Shown: one piece after another, positions 1 to 10,239 of the stretch
Numbering within the stretch: position 1 is the first letter of the stretch
How the letters are laid out: each line of letters begins with the position of its first letter
Source: a virus
Reading direction: 5' to 3' (one strand)
Length of the DNA stretch: 64,000 nucleotides
Virus record (IMG/VR): IMGVR_UViG_3300044732_000442
Coordinates: 32,001 to 96,000 of that record
Position numbers and translations under genes: made by a program
The notes under the pieces: model-generated
The model's database searches: none
Seen by the model: the letters and a program-made list of their open reading frames with translations, nothing else
Told to the model about the DNA's origin: nothing

Positions 1-3
1 CAA

Positions 4-627
4 ATGGTAACAATAGAATTATTAACAGCAATGTGTCCAAAAACAAAACGCTCTATATTAGAGGGTTACGTTGAGCCACTAAACACAGTAGCAGAATACT
101 ATGAGATGTTTGAAAACCCACGCAGAGTTGCCGGCTTCTTAGCACAGATAGCACATGAGAGTGGTGGTTTTAATGCTGTCATTGAAAACTTAAATTACAG
201 TGCTAAAGGATTGATGGGTACGTTTAAAAAATATTTCCCCAATGAAGAACTAGCAAAGCAATATGAACGTAAACCAGAAATGATTGCTAATCGTGTTTAT
301 GCTAATCGTATGAAGAACGGCGATGAGAACAGTGGTGATGGATTCAGATTCAGAGGTCGTGGATTGATTCAATTGACCGGGCGTGACAACTATACACGTT
401 TTGCAGAAGCATTAGACATGAGTATTGAAGATACCGTAAGATATTTAGAAACACCAAATGGTGCTGTTGCAAGTGCTGGTTGGTTTTGGGATAACAATAA
501 ATTAAATCAGTTCTGTGACCGCGATGATTTTGTAACACTAACAAAACGTATCAATGGTGGTACTATTGGGTTAGAAGATAGAAAACATCACTATCACTTA
601 GCATTAGAAAATTTAGGCGCACATTAA
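4..627 (+). CDS. Glycoside hydrolase family 19 endolysin
   Basis: FLAQIAHESGGF, ENLNYS, FRGRGLIQLTGRDNY, TKRINGG are typical phage GH19 lysin motifs. Confidence 0.93.
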   Translation: MVTIELLTAMCPKTKRSILEGYVEPLNTVAEYYEMFENPRRVAGFLAQIAHESGGFNAVIENLNYSAKGLMGTFKKYFPNEELAKQYERKPEMIANRVYANRMKNGDENSGDGFRFRGRGLIQLTGRDNYTRFAEALDMSIEDTVRYLETPNGAVASAGWFWDNNKLNQFCDRDDFVTLTKRINGGTIGLEDRKHHYHLALENLGAH

Positions 628-628
628 T

Positions 629-3181
629 ATGGCACAACCAATTTGGAATACATCCGCCGGATCTATAGGAACATATCCTGCTACTATACCTATGCTATTT
701 CAATTATCAGCCTCAGCAGTATCTCCGGCAACATCAGTAACATATACATTATTAAGTGGAACATTACCATCTGGATTATCAATTAGTAGTTCTGGATTAA
801 TAAGTGGAACACCATCACTGGTAACAACTGATACTACAACTACTTTTACTGTTAGAGTTACAGATAATCTATCTAATTTACGTGATAGAACTTTTTCAAT
901 TACTTTATCTGGAGTAGCAATACCTGAATTTACTACGCCTGCAGGTAGTATTTTAAGTACATTAGACAGTGTTTGGATTGAATTACCAATAACATATTCA
1001 AATCCAGATAATACTAATGAAATTATAATAGAATTACAAGAAGGTTTATTACCACCTGGATTAGAAATTAATCCTGCAGGATTAATAAGAGGATATGCAA
1101 ATCCACCTACGGTTAATGTTACGTTAAATCAAATACAAACTAATGCTACTATAACCGAAAGTGTTAGCAATTTAATAACATGTACTAGCACCACCCAGTT
1201 TACAATAGGGCGTCCAATTGTTTTTACTAATACTGCATTTGGTGATATTGCTGAAGGAGATACATATTATATTAAAACTATTAATAGTAGTACTACTTTC
1301 ACTATAGCGGCTACGCAAAACGGAGATACATTTCCTTTAGCATCTGATACTGGATCAATGACAGTTACTTTACCTGCTATATCTGTAGGACAGCCCACAA
1401 TACGTACATATTCATTTGTATTAAGATTATCTAGTAATTTAGGTAGCGATACTGCAACATATAATATTACTGTAATAAATCAAAATACACCTGTAAGTCA
1501 AGGTGGTCCAGGCTATACTCCAAATTCACGTATACCCACCATACTTAATACTAGACCTAGAACATATATAATAACAGATACCGACCCATATTATGGTTAT
1601 TATTTGTTACCTCCTGTAGTGCCGACTGTTTCTGCTTATATAGGTACAATAAGAAGTGGAGAATACTTCACATTTAAAATAATAGGATATGATTTTGATG
1701 GTAATTCTTTAACATATGATTATGTTAATCTACCTACAGATTTAACAGGTGATCCAGATACTGGTTGGATAACCGGTACACCTACATTAAATTCAATTGG
1801 CTTAAGTACTTTTAATTTTGCAGTAAATGTATATAAAACTTCCAACCCTAGCATTGCTACAACTAATTTTAATTTTAGTTATAATTTAAGTAATAGTGTA
1901 ACAGATAACATATTATGGATAACACCATCAGATTTAGGCACATTATTTAATAGCACTATAAGTACATTAAATGTAATAGCAGTAGCAGATACAGAATTAT
2001 CATATAGAATTGTTAGTGGTAGTTTACCACCTAATTTATTATTATTAGACAATGGTGAAATAACAGGACGTGTTGCGGATCAACCATCAAGTTCATTATT
2101 AGAACAAAATGCAGAAACTGTATTTACGTTTACTGTTCAAGCATATTCACCTTTGTACCCAGTAATACAATCCCCCAAAACATTCAATATTACAATACTA
2201 CAAGAATATACTCAACCAACAGATACATTGTATATTAAAGCTTCCCCTAGTATAAATGATAGAAATATTATTAACGGTTTGTTAACAAATGACACATTAA
2301 TTCCAGAAGAAATGGTTTATAGACCTAATGATATATATTTTGGTAAAGCAACTAGTGTAATATATGAACATGCATATGGTATGTATGCTAGTAACATTGA
2401 TGAATATTTGGCTGCGGTTACACAAAATCATTATTGGAGAAATATTACTTTAGGGGAATTAAAAACTGCTGTAGCAAAAAATAATTTAGGTGAAATAATA
2501 TATGAGGTAGTATATAGTGAAGTTATTGACAATTTAGTTAACCCTTCAGGTATCAGTATACAACAAGAAATTCGTTGGCCTAGACTAATAGATTTACAAT
2601 TAGGTCCATGGTATACTAGTATTACAGATATCTTTACTAGTTATGAAACAGTGTTAGGACAAGATTATTATACAAGTTTAACTCCTGGTTATGCACAAAC
2701 GTTATATCCAAATAGTCTTTTCAATATGCGTAATCGTGTAGGACAAGTAGTTGGTCAAGTAAAAGATAGTAGATTATTACCATTATGGATGACTAGTCAA
2801 CAAGAAAATGGTGGAACATTAGGCTATACGCAAGCATGGGTTATTTGTTATACTAAACCTAGAATAGTTGTTAACGATGAGCCACTAACTTATGCTGAGT
2901 TTGAAGCAACTGGTTTAACAAGAGCAGATTATATGAGCTATGCTGAAACTATTAAAAATAACATACAAAATGATTGGCAATATACATTAAATGATATTAA
3001 TTTTAAAATTGATAGATTTAGTGTAAACAAGAGCGAAACATACAATTATGATAAACAACTAACACCTCCCGCATGGACAGGACTACCTAGCGCATATCCT
3101 GTACCTGACCCGATAGATAGTAAAGATTTTTATGTATTGTTCCCTAGACAAACAATTTTACCAGACCAATCGCAATACTAA
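629..3181 (+). CDS. Virion structural protein with putative Ig-like (He_PIG-type) repeats
   Basis: Repeated 'SGTLPSGLSISSSGLISGTP' / 'SGSLPPNLLLLDNGEITG' motifs; Thr/Ser-rich; 850 aa. Confidence 0.7.
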   Translation: MAQPIWNTSAGSIGTYPATIPMLFQLSASAVSPATSVTYTLLSGTLPSGLSISSSGLISGTPSLVTTDTTTTFTVRVTDNLSNLRDRTFSITLSGVAIPEFTTPAGSILSTLDSVWIELPITYSNPDNTNEIIIELQEGLLPPGLEINPAGLIRGYANPPTVNVTLNQIQTNATITESVSNLITCTSTTQFTIGRPIVFTNTAFGDIAEGDTYYIKTINSSTTFTIAATQNGDTFPLASDTGSMTVTLPAISVGQPTIRTYSFVLRLSSNLGSDTATYNITVINQNTPVSQGGPGYTPNSRIPTILNTRPRTYIITDTDPYYGYYLLPPVVPTVSAYIGTIRSGEYFTFKIIGYDFDGNSLTYDYVNLPTDLTGDPDTGWITGTPTLNSIGLSTFNFAVNVYKTSNPSIATTNFNFSYNLSNSVTDNILWITPSDLGTLFNSTISTLNVIAVADTELSYRIVSGSLPPNLLLLDNGEITGRVADQPSSSLLEQNAETVFTFTVQAYSPLYPVIQSPKTFNITILQEYTQPTDTLYIKASPSINDRNIINGLLTNDTLIPEEMVYRPNDIYFGKATSVIYEHAYGMYASNIDEYLAAVTQNHYWRNITLGELKTAVAKNNLGEIIYEVVYSEVIDNLVNPSGISIQQEIRWPRLIDLQLGPWYTSITDIFTSYETVLGQDYYTSLTPGYAQTLYPNSLFNMRNRVGQVVGQVKDSRLLPLWMTSQQENGGTLGYTQAWVICYTKPRIVVNDEPLTYAEFEATGLTRADYMSYAETIKNNIQNDWQYTLNDINFKIDRFSVNKSETYNYDKQLTPPAWTGLPSAYPVPDPIDSKDFYVLFPRQTILPDQSQY

Positions 3182-3184
3182 ATA
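3179..3184 (+). promoter_or_regulatory. T4-like late promoter core TAAATA
   Basis: acTAAATAta just upstream of the structural gene at 3205; same motif precedes many structural genes in the window. Confidence 0.5.
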
Positions 3185-3204
3185 TATAACGGAACAAAAA
3201 GAAT

Positions 3205-4488
3205 ATGAGCACAATTAATACAAACGGTATCAACGTAAATTATCCTGTACCAGGGGTTAATAATAATAGTCAAGGATTTAGAGATAACTTTGCGGCTATT
3301 AGAACTAACTTAAACACTGCAGGAACAGAAATAACAGACCTACAAAATAAAGTTGTAGTTAAATCCGCATTGGATAACTCTACTGTCAATAATGATATGG
3401 CTAATACACTTATTAGTAATGCATTAACCCGTAGCTTCCGTGCTAGTACTTATAATTTAGGTAATGCACTATCAGGTACAGTGTCAGTAAATGTATCACT
3501 CGGTGATGTACAATATGGTACTATTGCAGGTAATACAACAATTCAATTTACTGGTTGGGCTCCTACCGGTACACAAAGTAATGTCCAATTACAATTGGCA
3601 ATTGCAAGTAATAATGCCGGAAACACAGCAGTATTGTCATTCCCTAGTCAAGTTACTGATGGAGTAACAACATTAGAAAATTATGCTAACGTTGCAAACA
3701 CTAATACAGTTACTGTACCATATGGTGTAACTCAATTAGATTATAGATTTAGCACACTTGATTGCGGAAATACAATTACAGTAGAACCATTTAATAATGC
3801 TAGAATAGCATCACAAATACAAACACGCAATGTTATTCCTACTGGTAATCAGGGTGATATAGTGGGTGAGATAGCAGTAAGTACGGGTGTTAATCAGTTA
3901 TCAATCACTAGTACTAATGCATCGGACTACTTAAATACAGCCAATACAGTGCAATTATATACGGATATGCCAATAGTATTCACTGGTGTAAGTATGGAAG
4001 CTAATATTACAGTTGGTACAACTTACTATGTACGTAATGTTTCAGCTAATACATATTTTACTGTATCAACAGCATTAGGTGGTGCAAATGTTAACTTAGC
4101 TGGAAATGCTAGTCCAACACTTCCGATGTATGCTAACCCAGTATCTTACTTGTATGTGTGTACAGATGATTATAACTCTACTGCATATGAAAAATCTGTA
4201 TCTGCTACGAATAGTTCTGGGAATGTTACTTTAAATAATACTTCAGGTATAGAGAATGCAACTAATTCTCCTATTATATTTACTGGAACAACATTTGGCG
4301 GAATAACAGCAAATACAGTATATTATATTAAAGCAGTCGGTACTGGTGGTAATATTACTATCAGTCAATCTAGGACAAATGGCGTTGCAGATACGGTATT
4401 TACATTAACGTCTGCTAGTGGCACGTGTGTAGCAACCGCATATGTAGGTTCGGATATTTGGAAAAGAATTGCACTAACATCTTGGTAA
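3205..4488 (+). CDS. Virion/tail structural protein
   Basis: N-terminal YPVPGVNNNSQGFRDNF then coiled coil; beta-rich T/N/S composition; C-terminal WKRIAL typical of fibre/baseplate proteins. Confidence 0.65.
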   Translation: MSTINTNGINVNYPVPGVNNNSQGFRDNFAAIRTNLNTAGTEITDLQNKVVVKSALDNSTVNNDMANTLISNALTRSFRASTYNLGNALSGTVSVNVSLGDVQYGTIAGNTTIQFTGWAPTGTQSNVQLQLAIASNNAGNTAVLSFPSQVTDGVTTLENYANVANTNTVTVPYGVTQLDYRFSTLDCGNTITVEPFNNARIASQIQTRNVIPTGNQGDIVGEIAVSTGVNQLSITSTNASDYLNTANTVQLYTDMPIVFTGVSMEANITVGTTYYVRNVSANTYFTVSTALGGANVNLAGNASPTLPMYANPVSYLYVCTDDYNSTAYEKSVSATNSSGNVTLNNTSGIENATNSPIIFTGTTFGGITANTVYYIKAVGTGGNITISQSRTNGVADTVFTLTSASGTCVATAYVGSDIWKRIALTSW

Positions 4489-4499
4489 TAAATATTTGA

Positions 4500-4733
4500 A
4501 TGGAACACCCGTTCATTGCATCACTCTCAGATAAAACGTTAGAAGAACTACAGGGTTCCATAACGGACTTAACCAAAAAACTAAACTTTGCATATCGTAT
4601 GCAAAATGGTGCTATGATTCATCAATTGAATATGGTAATGGCAAGTTACCGAGCAGAGTATGGCCGCAAAATGGACGAGTTACTTAAAAAACAAGGTGAT
4701 AAAACACAAATCAATATTCAAAAAGAAAGTTAA
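4500..4733 (+). CDS. Hypothetical protein (coiled coil)
   Basis: ORF packed between neighbours, preceded by TAAATA. Confidence 0.6.
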   Translation: MEHPFIASLSDKTLEELQGSITDLTKKLNFAYRMQNGAMIHQLNMVMASYRAEYGRKMDELLKKQGDKTQINIQKES

Positions 4734-4735
4734 AA

Positions 4736-5335
4736 TTGACCACACGAATAGAACGAGAATTTTCATTTCAAGCAGGTGTTTACTTCCAAGAAGAATTTTT
4801 AATGAATCTATATACAATAACATTGTATATGGAAGTAGAAACTGAATCCATTAGAGAACAAAATGTTGCAATGGAACGAATAAAATATTTTTTAAATGAA
4901 TGTTTGGAAAATAGTATTTTTGTTCAAAATACTGAACAAAAAATTATTGAAAAATATAACTCATGTGGGTTTAAAGTATGTACAGTACCCGAAGAACCAT
5001 ACGACCAAATTATAACATTGTTATTACTAACTAAACTTAACAGCATTACTGAGGGTAGATTGATTATTACAGATATTACATTGGGTTCACGTATAAGTGA
5101 TGAGGTAAAATTTATATGTGACATTGAAAGCCCATTAGGACCTTTAGAATCACATGGCTGGTGGATGGATAATAGTACATCAATTGCTGACACTAAAAAA
5201 TCTGTAAAGAAAGATAAAATTGTTAAATTGTTCAAAACACCTACAACAGATTGGGCAGAATACAATTTAGTTTGGAAAGAAAAAGACCATACAGCTAATT
5301 GTGAAATCGTTTTTACGACTGAACAGGAAAAGTAA
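4736..5335 (+). CDS. Hypothetical protein, possible degenerate QueD/PTPS-like T-fold
   Basis: TTG start; N-terminus IEREFSFQAG resembles QueD K/R-F-x-F-x-A-A-H but lacks the metal-binding His residues. Confidence 0.45.
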   Translation: MTTRIEREFSFQAGVYFQEEFLMNLYTITLYMEVETESIREQNVAMERIKYFLNECLENSIFVQNTEQKIIEKYNSCGFKVCTVPEEPYDQIITLLLLTKLNSITEGRLIITDITLGSRISDEVKFICDIESPLGPLESHGWWMDNSTSIADTKKSVKKDKIVKLFKTPTTDWAEYNLVWKEKDHTANCEIVFTTEQEK

Positions 5336-5349
5336 TTATCCAAACATAT

Positions 5350-5378
5350 TGTATTTTAGTAACAGTTGTGCTATAATA
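5350..5378 (+). promoter_or_regulatory. Sigma70-type promoter (extended -10)
   Basis: ttgtat-N17-TATAAT with TG extension, immediately before ATG 5384 (near-leaderless). Confidence 0.55.
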
Positions 5379-5383
5379 CATGA

Positions 5384-5890
5384 ATGAAAACAGATAAGTA
5401 TGGTCAATTAATTTACAATCAGAACGATTTATGTGAATTGTTCTTGCAAGACCCTACACGTACAATCTCTAACGCATTAGTTGATAGTCCCATAGAATTT
5501 AATGGGTTTCTCTCATTAGAAAACATCCCAAATCTAAAACAATATACTGCTTCAGCCATTTCATTAGAAGAATTTGATAAAACAAATCAAGCAAAATGGC
5601 ATATGCCCAAAGAATACTATGAACTAGATATTGCTAAATGGGTATTGGATCAATGCAAAAATGAAGAAGAATTACAACGTGCCGGTGATGAACTAATTAA
5701 GTTCCAAGAACGTAATATGTTTGTGTTGTTACAGTATTTAAAATATTTGGTTGACACAATGCGAGAGAATAATATAGTATGGGGTGTAGGACGTGGTAGT
5801 AGTGTAGCAAGTTTTGTATTGTTTTTAATAGGTATACACCGTATAAATAGTTTATATTACCAATTAGATATTGGTGAATTTTTAAAATAA
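5384..5890 (+). CDS. DNA polymerase III alpha (DnaE)-like fragment
   Basis: WGVGRGSSVASFVLFLIGIHRIN matches DnaE GPGRGSAAGSLVAYxLGIT; only 168 aa. Confidence 0.8.
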   Translation: MKTDKYGQLIYNQNDLCELFLQDPTRTISNALVDSPIEFNGFLSLENIPNLKQYTASAISLEEFDKTNQAKWHMPKEYYELDIAKWVLDQCKNEEELQRAGDELIKFQERNMFVLLQYLKYLVDTMRENNIVWGVGRGSSVASFVLFLIGIHRINSLYYQLDIGEFLK

Positions 5891-5899
5891 GGAAATATT

Positions 5900-6244
5900 A
5901 TGGCTAATTACAGAACAGCAATGGGTAAATCAGTTGACATGGCAGCACTAACTGCAAAAAATGAAAAAACTAGAGCAGTGGGTAATATGAAAGTTAATGC
6001 ACGGGGTGATACTATTGATGCACATGGACGTATTCTACGTACCGCAACAACTAAAGTAAATGATTCATATAATAAAACTGTAGGGAATCGTTCAGCACAA
6101 CCGGTACGAAACAAACCAACTACACCACCTAAACCAACTATTGATCTATCACAATTAAATGAACTTGAACGTGAGATTGAAGGAAATTTAGAAGATGAAC
6201 TTGAAATTGAAAAAATTAAAGCACAGGAACTTAAAAAGAAATGA
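5900..6244 (+). CDS. Hypothetical protein
   Basis: RBS aagga; 114 aa ORF. Confidence 0.65.
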   Translation: MANYRTAMGKSVDMAALTAKNEKTRAVGNMKVNARGDTIDAHGRILRTATTKVNDSYNKTVGNRSAQPVRNKPTTPPKPTIDLSQLNELEREIEGNLEDELEIEKIKAQELKKK

Positions 6245-6618
6245 ACCAATATAGTAAGCCAGCATTTAGCCCCACCAAAGTAGATACAATGAGATTCTTT
6301 AAGGATCATATCATTGTATCTGAAATGCATTTTGATGAACGTATCAGTAAAGGTGGCATCATTATGCTTGATGATGATAAGAAAAGTTCGGGCATCCGTC
6401 CCCGCTGGGCAAAGATATATGGTTTAGGTCCAGATCAAGATGATCCGCAATTAGAGATAGGTAAATATATTCTTATCAGTCACGGTCGTTGGACACGGGG
6501 TATCACAGTTGAGACACCTTCGGGTAAACAGACATTGCGTAAAGTTGATCCCGGTGATATACTCTTAGTATCGGATGAGCCGATGGAAGATGAAACAATG
6601 AGTGATAAGGTATATTAA
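6241..6618 (+). CDS. groES: GroES-like co-chaperonin (T4 gp31 analogue)
   Basis: DHIIV...ERISKGGIIM...KIYGLGP...DILLV matches the Cpn10 pattern. Confidence 0.75.
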   Translation: MNQYSKPAFSPTKVDTMRFFKDHIIVSEMHFDERISKGGIIMLDDDKKSSGIRPRWAKIYGLGPDQDDPQLEIGKYILISHGRWTRGITVETPSGKQTLRKVDPGDILLVSDEPMEDETMSDKVY

Positions 6619-6908
6619 TGAAAAATTGGTTAAGACAAAAATTACAAAACTTTTTGTATCCGCTAGATACTAATGAGGTAGTAGAAACTAAAACTAATAG
6701 AGGGCGTGCTCTTATTAGAGGATCAAGCCTTGATAGTAGAGGGATGAGTTTCACTATACATCAAGCTAGTGGAGGATATGTATTAGAATACTCTGTATAC
6801 GATGACAAGACTGATAGACATAATCACAATTTACACATCATTCCATCTGATCAGGACATGGGTCAGGGCATAGCTCATATAATCACATTAGAAATGTTAA
6901 GAAAATGA
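6618..6908 (+). CDS. Hypothetical protein
   Basis: Overlapping start/stop with both neighbours. Confidence 0.6.
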   Translation: MKNWLRQKLQNFLYPLDTNEVVETKTNRGRALIRGSSLDSRGMSFTIHQASGGYVLEYSVYDDKTDRHNHNLHIIPSDQDMGQGIAHIITLEMLRK

Positions 6909-7834
6909 AAAATAGTCTTTGGGTAGAAAAATATCGTCCACAAACAGTAGCAGACTATGTGTTTGTAGATGAACGACAGAAGAATCAAGTAGAGGGTTGG
7001 GTTAAAGATGGCTCTATCCCTCATCTATTACTATCAGGTGATCCAGGTACTGGCAAGACAACTCTTGCTAAAGTATTGATCCATGAACTTGATGTAAGTG
7101 AATATGATGTATTGGAGATCAATGCATCACGTGAGAATAGTGTAGATGTTGTACGTAATAAGATTGTTAACTTTGTACAAACAATGCCATTTGGTAACTT
7201 CAAAGTTGTACTACTAGATGAAGCAGATTATTTGACACCAGCTGGACAAGCGGCATTGCGTAACGATATGGAAGCATATCATATGACCGCACGATTTATA
7301 TTAACTTGTAACTATCAGCATAGAATTATCCCTGCATTGAAGTCACGATGCCATGAGTTTCATATTACAAAAACAGATAAAACAGAGTTCACTGCGAGAG
7401 CGGCAACTGTGTTAGTAAGTGAGAACATTGTATTTGATTTAGATGATTTAGATAGTTATGTACGTGCTACATATCCAGACTTGCGTAAGTGTTTGAATCA
7501 GTTACAAGTTAATAGTAGTACAGGTAAACTATTGCCACCACATACTCAGGGATCTAGCGAAGATGAGTTGTTAGTAGAAGCAACTAATTTATTTAAGGCT
7601 GGTAAAGTCCTTGAAGGCAGACAACAGTTATTACAATATATTGCATTGTATCCCACACGTATTGAAGATACATATGCATGGATGTATCAGAATTTAGATT
7701 TATGGGGTAAGTCTAATGAAAAGCGTGATGCTAGTATTATTGTTATTAGAAATGGTTTAGCTAATTTAAGTATGGTGGGCATCCCTGAAATATCATTGGC
7801 AGCCACATTAGTAGAATTGACGAGTGATTTATGA
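6905..7834 (+). CDS. Clamp loader AAA+ subunit (RFC small / T4 gp44-like)
   Basis: LWVEKYRP, GDPGTGKTT, LLDEADYL, ALKSRC motifs. Confidence 0.93.
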   Translation: MKNSLWVEKYRPQTVADYVFVDERQKNQVEGWVKDGSIPHLLLSGDPGTGKTTLAKVLIHELDVSEYDVLEINASRENSVDVVRNKIVNFVQTMPFGNFKVVLLDEADYLTPAGQAALRNDMEAYHMTARFILTCNYQHRIIPALKSRCHEFHITKTDKTEFTARAATVLVSENIVFDLDDLDSYVRATYPDLRKCLNQLQVNSSTGKLLPPHTQGSSEDELLVEATNLFKAGKVLEGRQQLLQYIALYPTRIEDTYAWMYQNLDLWGKSNEKRDASIIVIRNGLANLSMVGIPEISLAATLVELTSDL

Positions 7835-8103
7835 GATATTTATTAATTACATTCATGAGAAAGCCCAATGGGCAAATTGATGAGCAAGTTGCAGTATCTA
7901 AAAAAGTCAAAGCCAGTGACTTTCAAACCTGCAATGTTATTTTAGATTATGCTAAGAAAAAAGTAGATAAATGTGTAATTGAAGGTAAGGCATTAGATAG
8001 AGATTGGGTTCAGATGCATGAATATTATGTAAAGATTTATCCTAATCTAATTGCACAACTTGAAAAAGAAGCAACTATTACTGAAAAGACAAATGGGGCC
8101 TAA
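7831..8103 (+). CDS. Hypothetical protein
   Basis: Coupled to clamp loader stop. Confidence 0.6.
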   Translation: MRYLLITFMRKPNGQIDEQVAVSKKVKASDFQTCNVILDYAKKKVDKCVIEGKALDRDWVQMHEYYVKIYPNLIAQLEKEATITEKTNGA

Positions 8104-8114
8104 GCCCCATTTTT
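8091..8114. terminator. Bidirectional intrinsic terminator
   Basis: aaatggggc-ctaa-gccccattt(tt) between convergent genes. Confidence 0.75.
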
Positions 8115-8895
8115 AACTATACAAGTTAAGTACATGCTCAATTATTTTATGTCGTTGAACATCTTTAAGTTCAAATTTACATAATTGCAATCCCGGAATC
8201 ACCCCCTTCCTCAATCGATTTTGTAAATCTAATAGCCCATTGTCGGCTGTTTTACGATCGGCTTGTTCAATATCGCCAGTAATTACAATCTTACTACCGA
8301 CGCCGATTCTGGTCATAATCATTTTGAGTTGACCCGGGGTTGCGTTTTGTGCCTCGTCTAATACTACCCAACTATGTTTGAAATTTCGTCCTCGACAAAA
8401 TGCTAGAGGTGCAATTTCCACTATCTGTTCTTCTAGCATGTGGGCTATTTCCTTTGTTGTGTAGTATTCACGCAGAACGTCTAATAACGGTCTAGTCCAG
8501 GGTTCCATCTTTTGATTGATATCCCCCGGTAAGAAACCGTGCTTTTCGTCATCAACACCTACTGCTGGCCTGGATAATATGATTCTTTCACATTCACCAT
8601 TACGCATAGCTTTTATGGCAGCAAGCATAGCTAAGTAAGTTTTACCAGTACCCGCAGGACCTGTGACTACGACAATATCTGTCTGCTCATCCAGTAGTGC
8701 GAGGATATAATTTTCTTGGTTAACTGACTTAGGGATAAGTTGAACGGGTTTTTTATTTACCCGCATTTCCCTCTGTGCTTGTGCGAAATCTATCGTTTTT
8801 GATTCATGTGTGTAGAAAGTTTGATTATCCTGTTTTTTATTGTGTGAAAACCGTGTGTCTTGTGTACGTAATGCGCTAGTTTTTCTTTTGCTCAA
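8113..8895 (-). CDS. phoH: PhoH-family ATPase
   Basis: GPAGTGKTYLA, GFLPGD, RGRNF, LDEAQN, GDIEQAD; TTG start with aggag RBS. Confidence 0.95.
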   Translation of the reverse strand: MSKRKTSALRTQDTRFSHNKKQDNQTFYTHESKTIDFAQAQREMRVNKKPVQLIPKSVNQENYILALLDEQTDIVVVTGPAGTGKTYLAMLAAIKAMRNGECERIILSRPAVGVDDEKHGFLPGDINQKMEPWTRPLLDVLREYYTTKEIAHMLEEQIVEIAPLAFCRGRNFKHSWVVLDEAQNATPGQLKMIMTRIGVGSKIVITGDIEQADRKTADNGLLDLQNRLRKGVIPGLQLCKFELKDVQRHKIIEHVLNLYS

Positions 8896-9066
8896 GTTAA
8901 TTCTCCTTTGTAGAGCGGTGAGTTCTCATAACACTCAAGTTTATTTAAGGTCAATATATACCAACATAGTAGCATACTTATTGAGTAATACCCTAGCATA
9001 AATATTAGGCTACGGTATGAAATATTGTTATTTGATGTATTCAAACTACAAAAGATAAATATATAT

Positions 9067-9675
9067 ATGAAAACCGCAGACGAATTTTTTGACAATGTTG
9101 ATTATGTAAGCATAATTGACACCGTAAAAGGTATATTTACCAGCGACGGATCAATGGCTGTATTACTAGACTACGAGCGAGTACTAGATGAAGCCGACTT
9201 ATATGCATTTAAGAACTGGGAATTGGGTGAATTAGTCCAAGGTCCTGATGTTAAACGCTATACAGTAGCATGTATATTCATGTATCCATACAAACTAATG
9301 CCAGACCCACGTGGTGCAAAACGTTTAGCTAGTGTGGGATGCAAAATTAAGTTTAAAAAGACAAAAATTAAAGTACCTGTAGCAGTAGAAAATCCAGATG
9401 ATTACATTCCCGGTACACGTTATCCTAAAACAGCTATGCGTGAAGTATGGCTAATATACATTGAAATGCCTAAAGAATTGATGGATGATATCCGTGAAGG
9501 TTCAATTGATTTAGCTGGTCAGAACATTGACTTAAATGAGCTAGATGATGCATATGATGATGACTTAGATAAAGAAGATACTGGTGAGGATGATGACCAG
9601 GAACAAGATATGATGGATCAAACGGGCACTGCAGCACCAGGCATGGGTATGCCTCCTCCATTACCACAAATGTAA
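9067..9675 (+). CDS. Hypothetical phage protein with acidic/Pro-rich tail
   Basis: ATG 9067 after gaTAAATA; in frame with ORF 9025..9675. Confidence 0.65.
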   Translation: MKTADEFFDNVDYVSIIDTVKGIFTSDGSMAVLLDYERVLDEADLYAFKNWELGELVQGPDVKRYTVACIFMYPYKLMPDPRGAKRLASVGCKIKFKKTKIKVPVAVENPDDYIPGTRYPKTAMREVWLIYIEMPKELMDDIREGSIDLAGQNIDLNELDDAYDDDLDKEDTGEDDDQEQDMMDQTGTAAPGMGMPPPLPQM

Positions 9676-9679
9676 TATT

Positions 9680-10237
9680 ATGACAAATAAAACAATATTA
9701 AATGAGGGATTAGAATATCATGACCTAGAGGGGCAAATGCTCCCTACAGTAACTGTGGATGAATATGCCGCACATATGGGTGATGATAGTGAAATTGTCA
9801 CATTGGCATTTACAGTTAAAAGTGCTGCCGCTGCCAATGATTTAGTTGATTGGTTTGAACGTGGTTATGATTGGGTACTTGATGCACAAGTTAGTGAAGG
9901 CGAAGTAAAGCCAGGTCAATATCTAGTGTTTGTTGAAATGAATCGTAGAAGTAGTGTACCTAAACGTATCATAGAATTATTAGATGATTTAGAAACATTA
10001 ACAGCCATACCAGTTAAAGATTGGACTATTGTTGTAGATGAAGAAGAACATTCTCCTGAAGAAGATATATTGAAACAAGTTATAACTATTAGTCCACATG
10101 ATTATCGTGAAACTGAAGAAGTTGAAGAAGAAGAAATTAATGAGATGCGTGAACGTGCTGGACTAGAAGTTAAACCAATTCATACAGATAAACAAGATGC
10201 TGATATCAAAGCATTTAAAGCAATGGCAGGATTATAA
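9680..10237 (+). CDS. Hypothetical protein, possible head-associated
   Basis: Starts MTNKTILNE (capsid-targeting-like); ends AMAGL. Confidence 0.6.
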   Translation: MTNKTILNEGLEYHDLEGQMLPTVTVDEYAAHMGDDSEIVTLAFTVKSAAAANDLVDWFERGYDWVLDAQVSEGEVKPGQYLVFVEMNRRSSVPKRIIELLDDLETLTAIPVKDWTIVVDEEEHSPEEDILKQVITISPHDYRETEEVEEEEINEMRERAGLEVKPIHTDKQDADIKAFKAMAGL

Positions 10238-10239
10238 AG

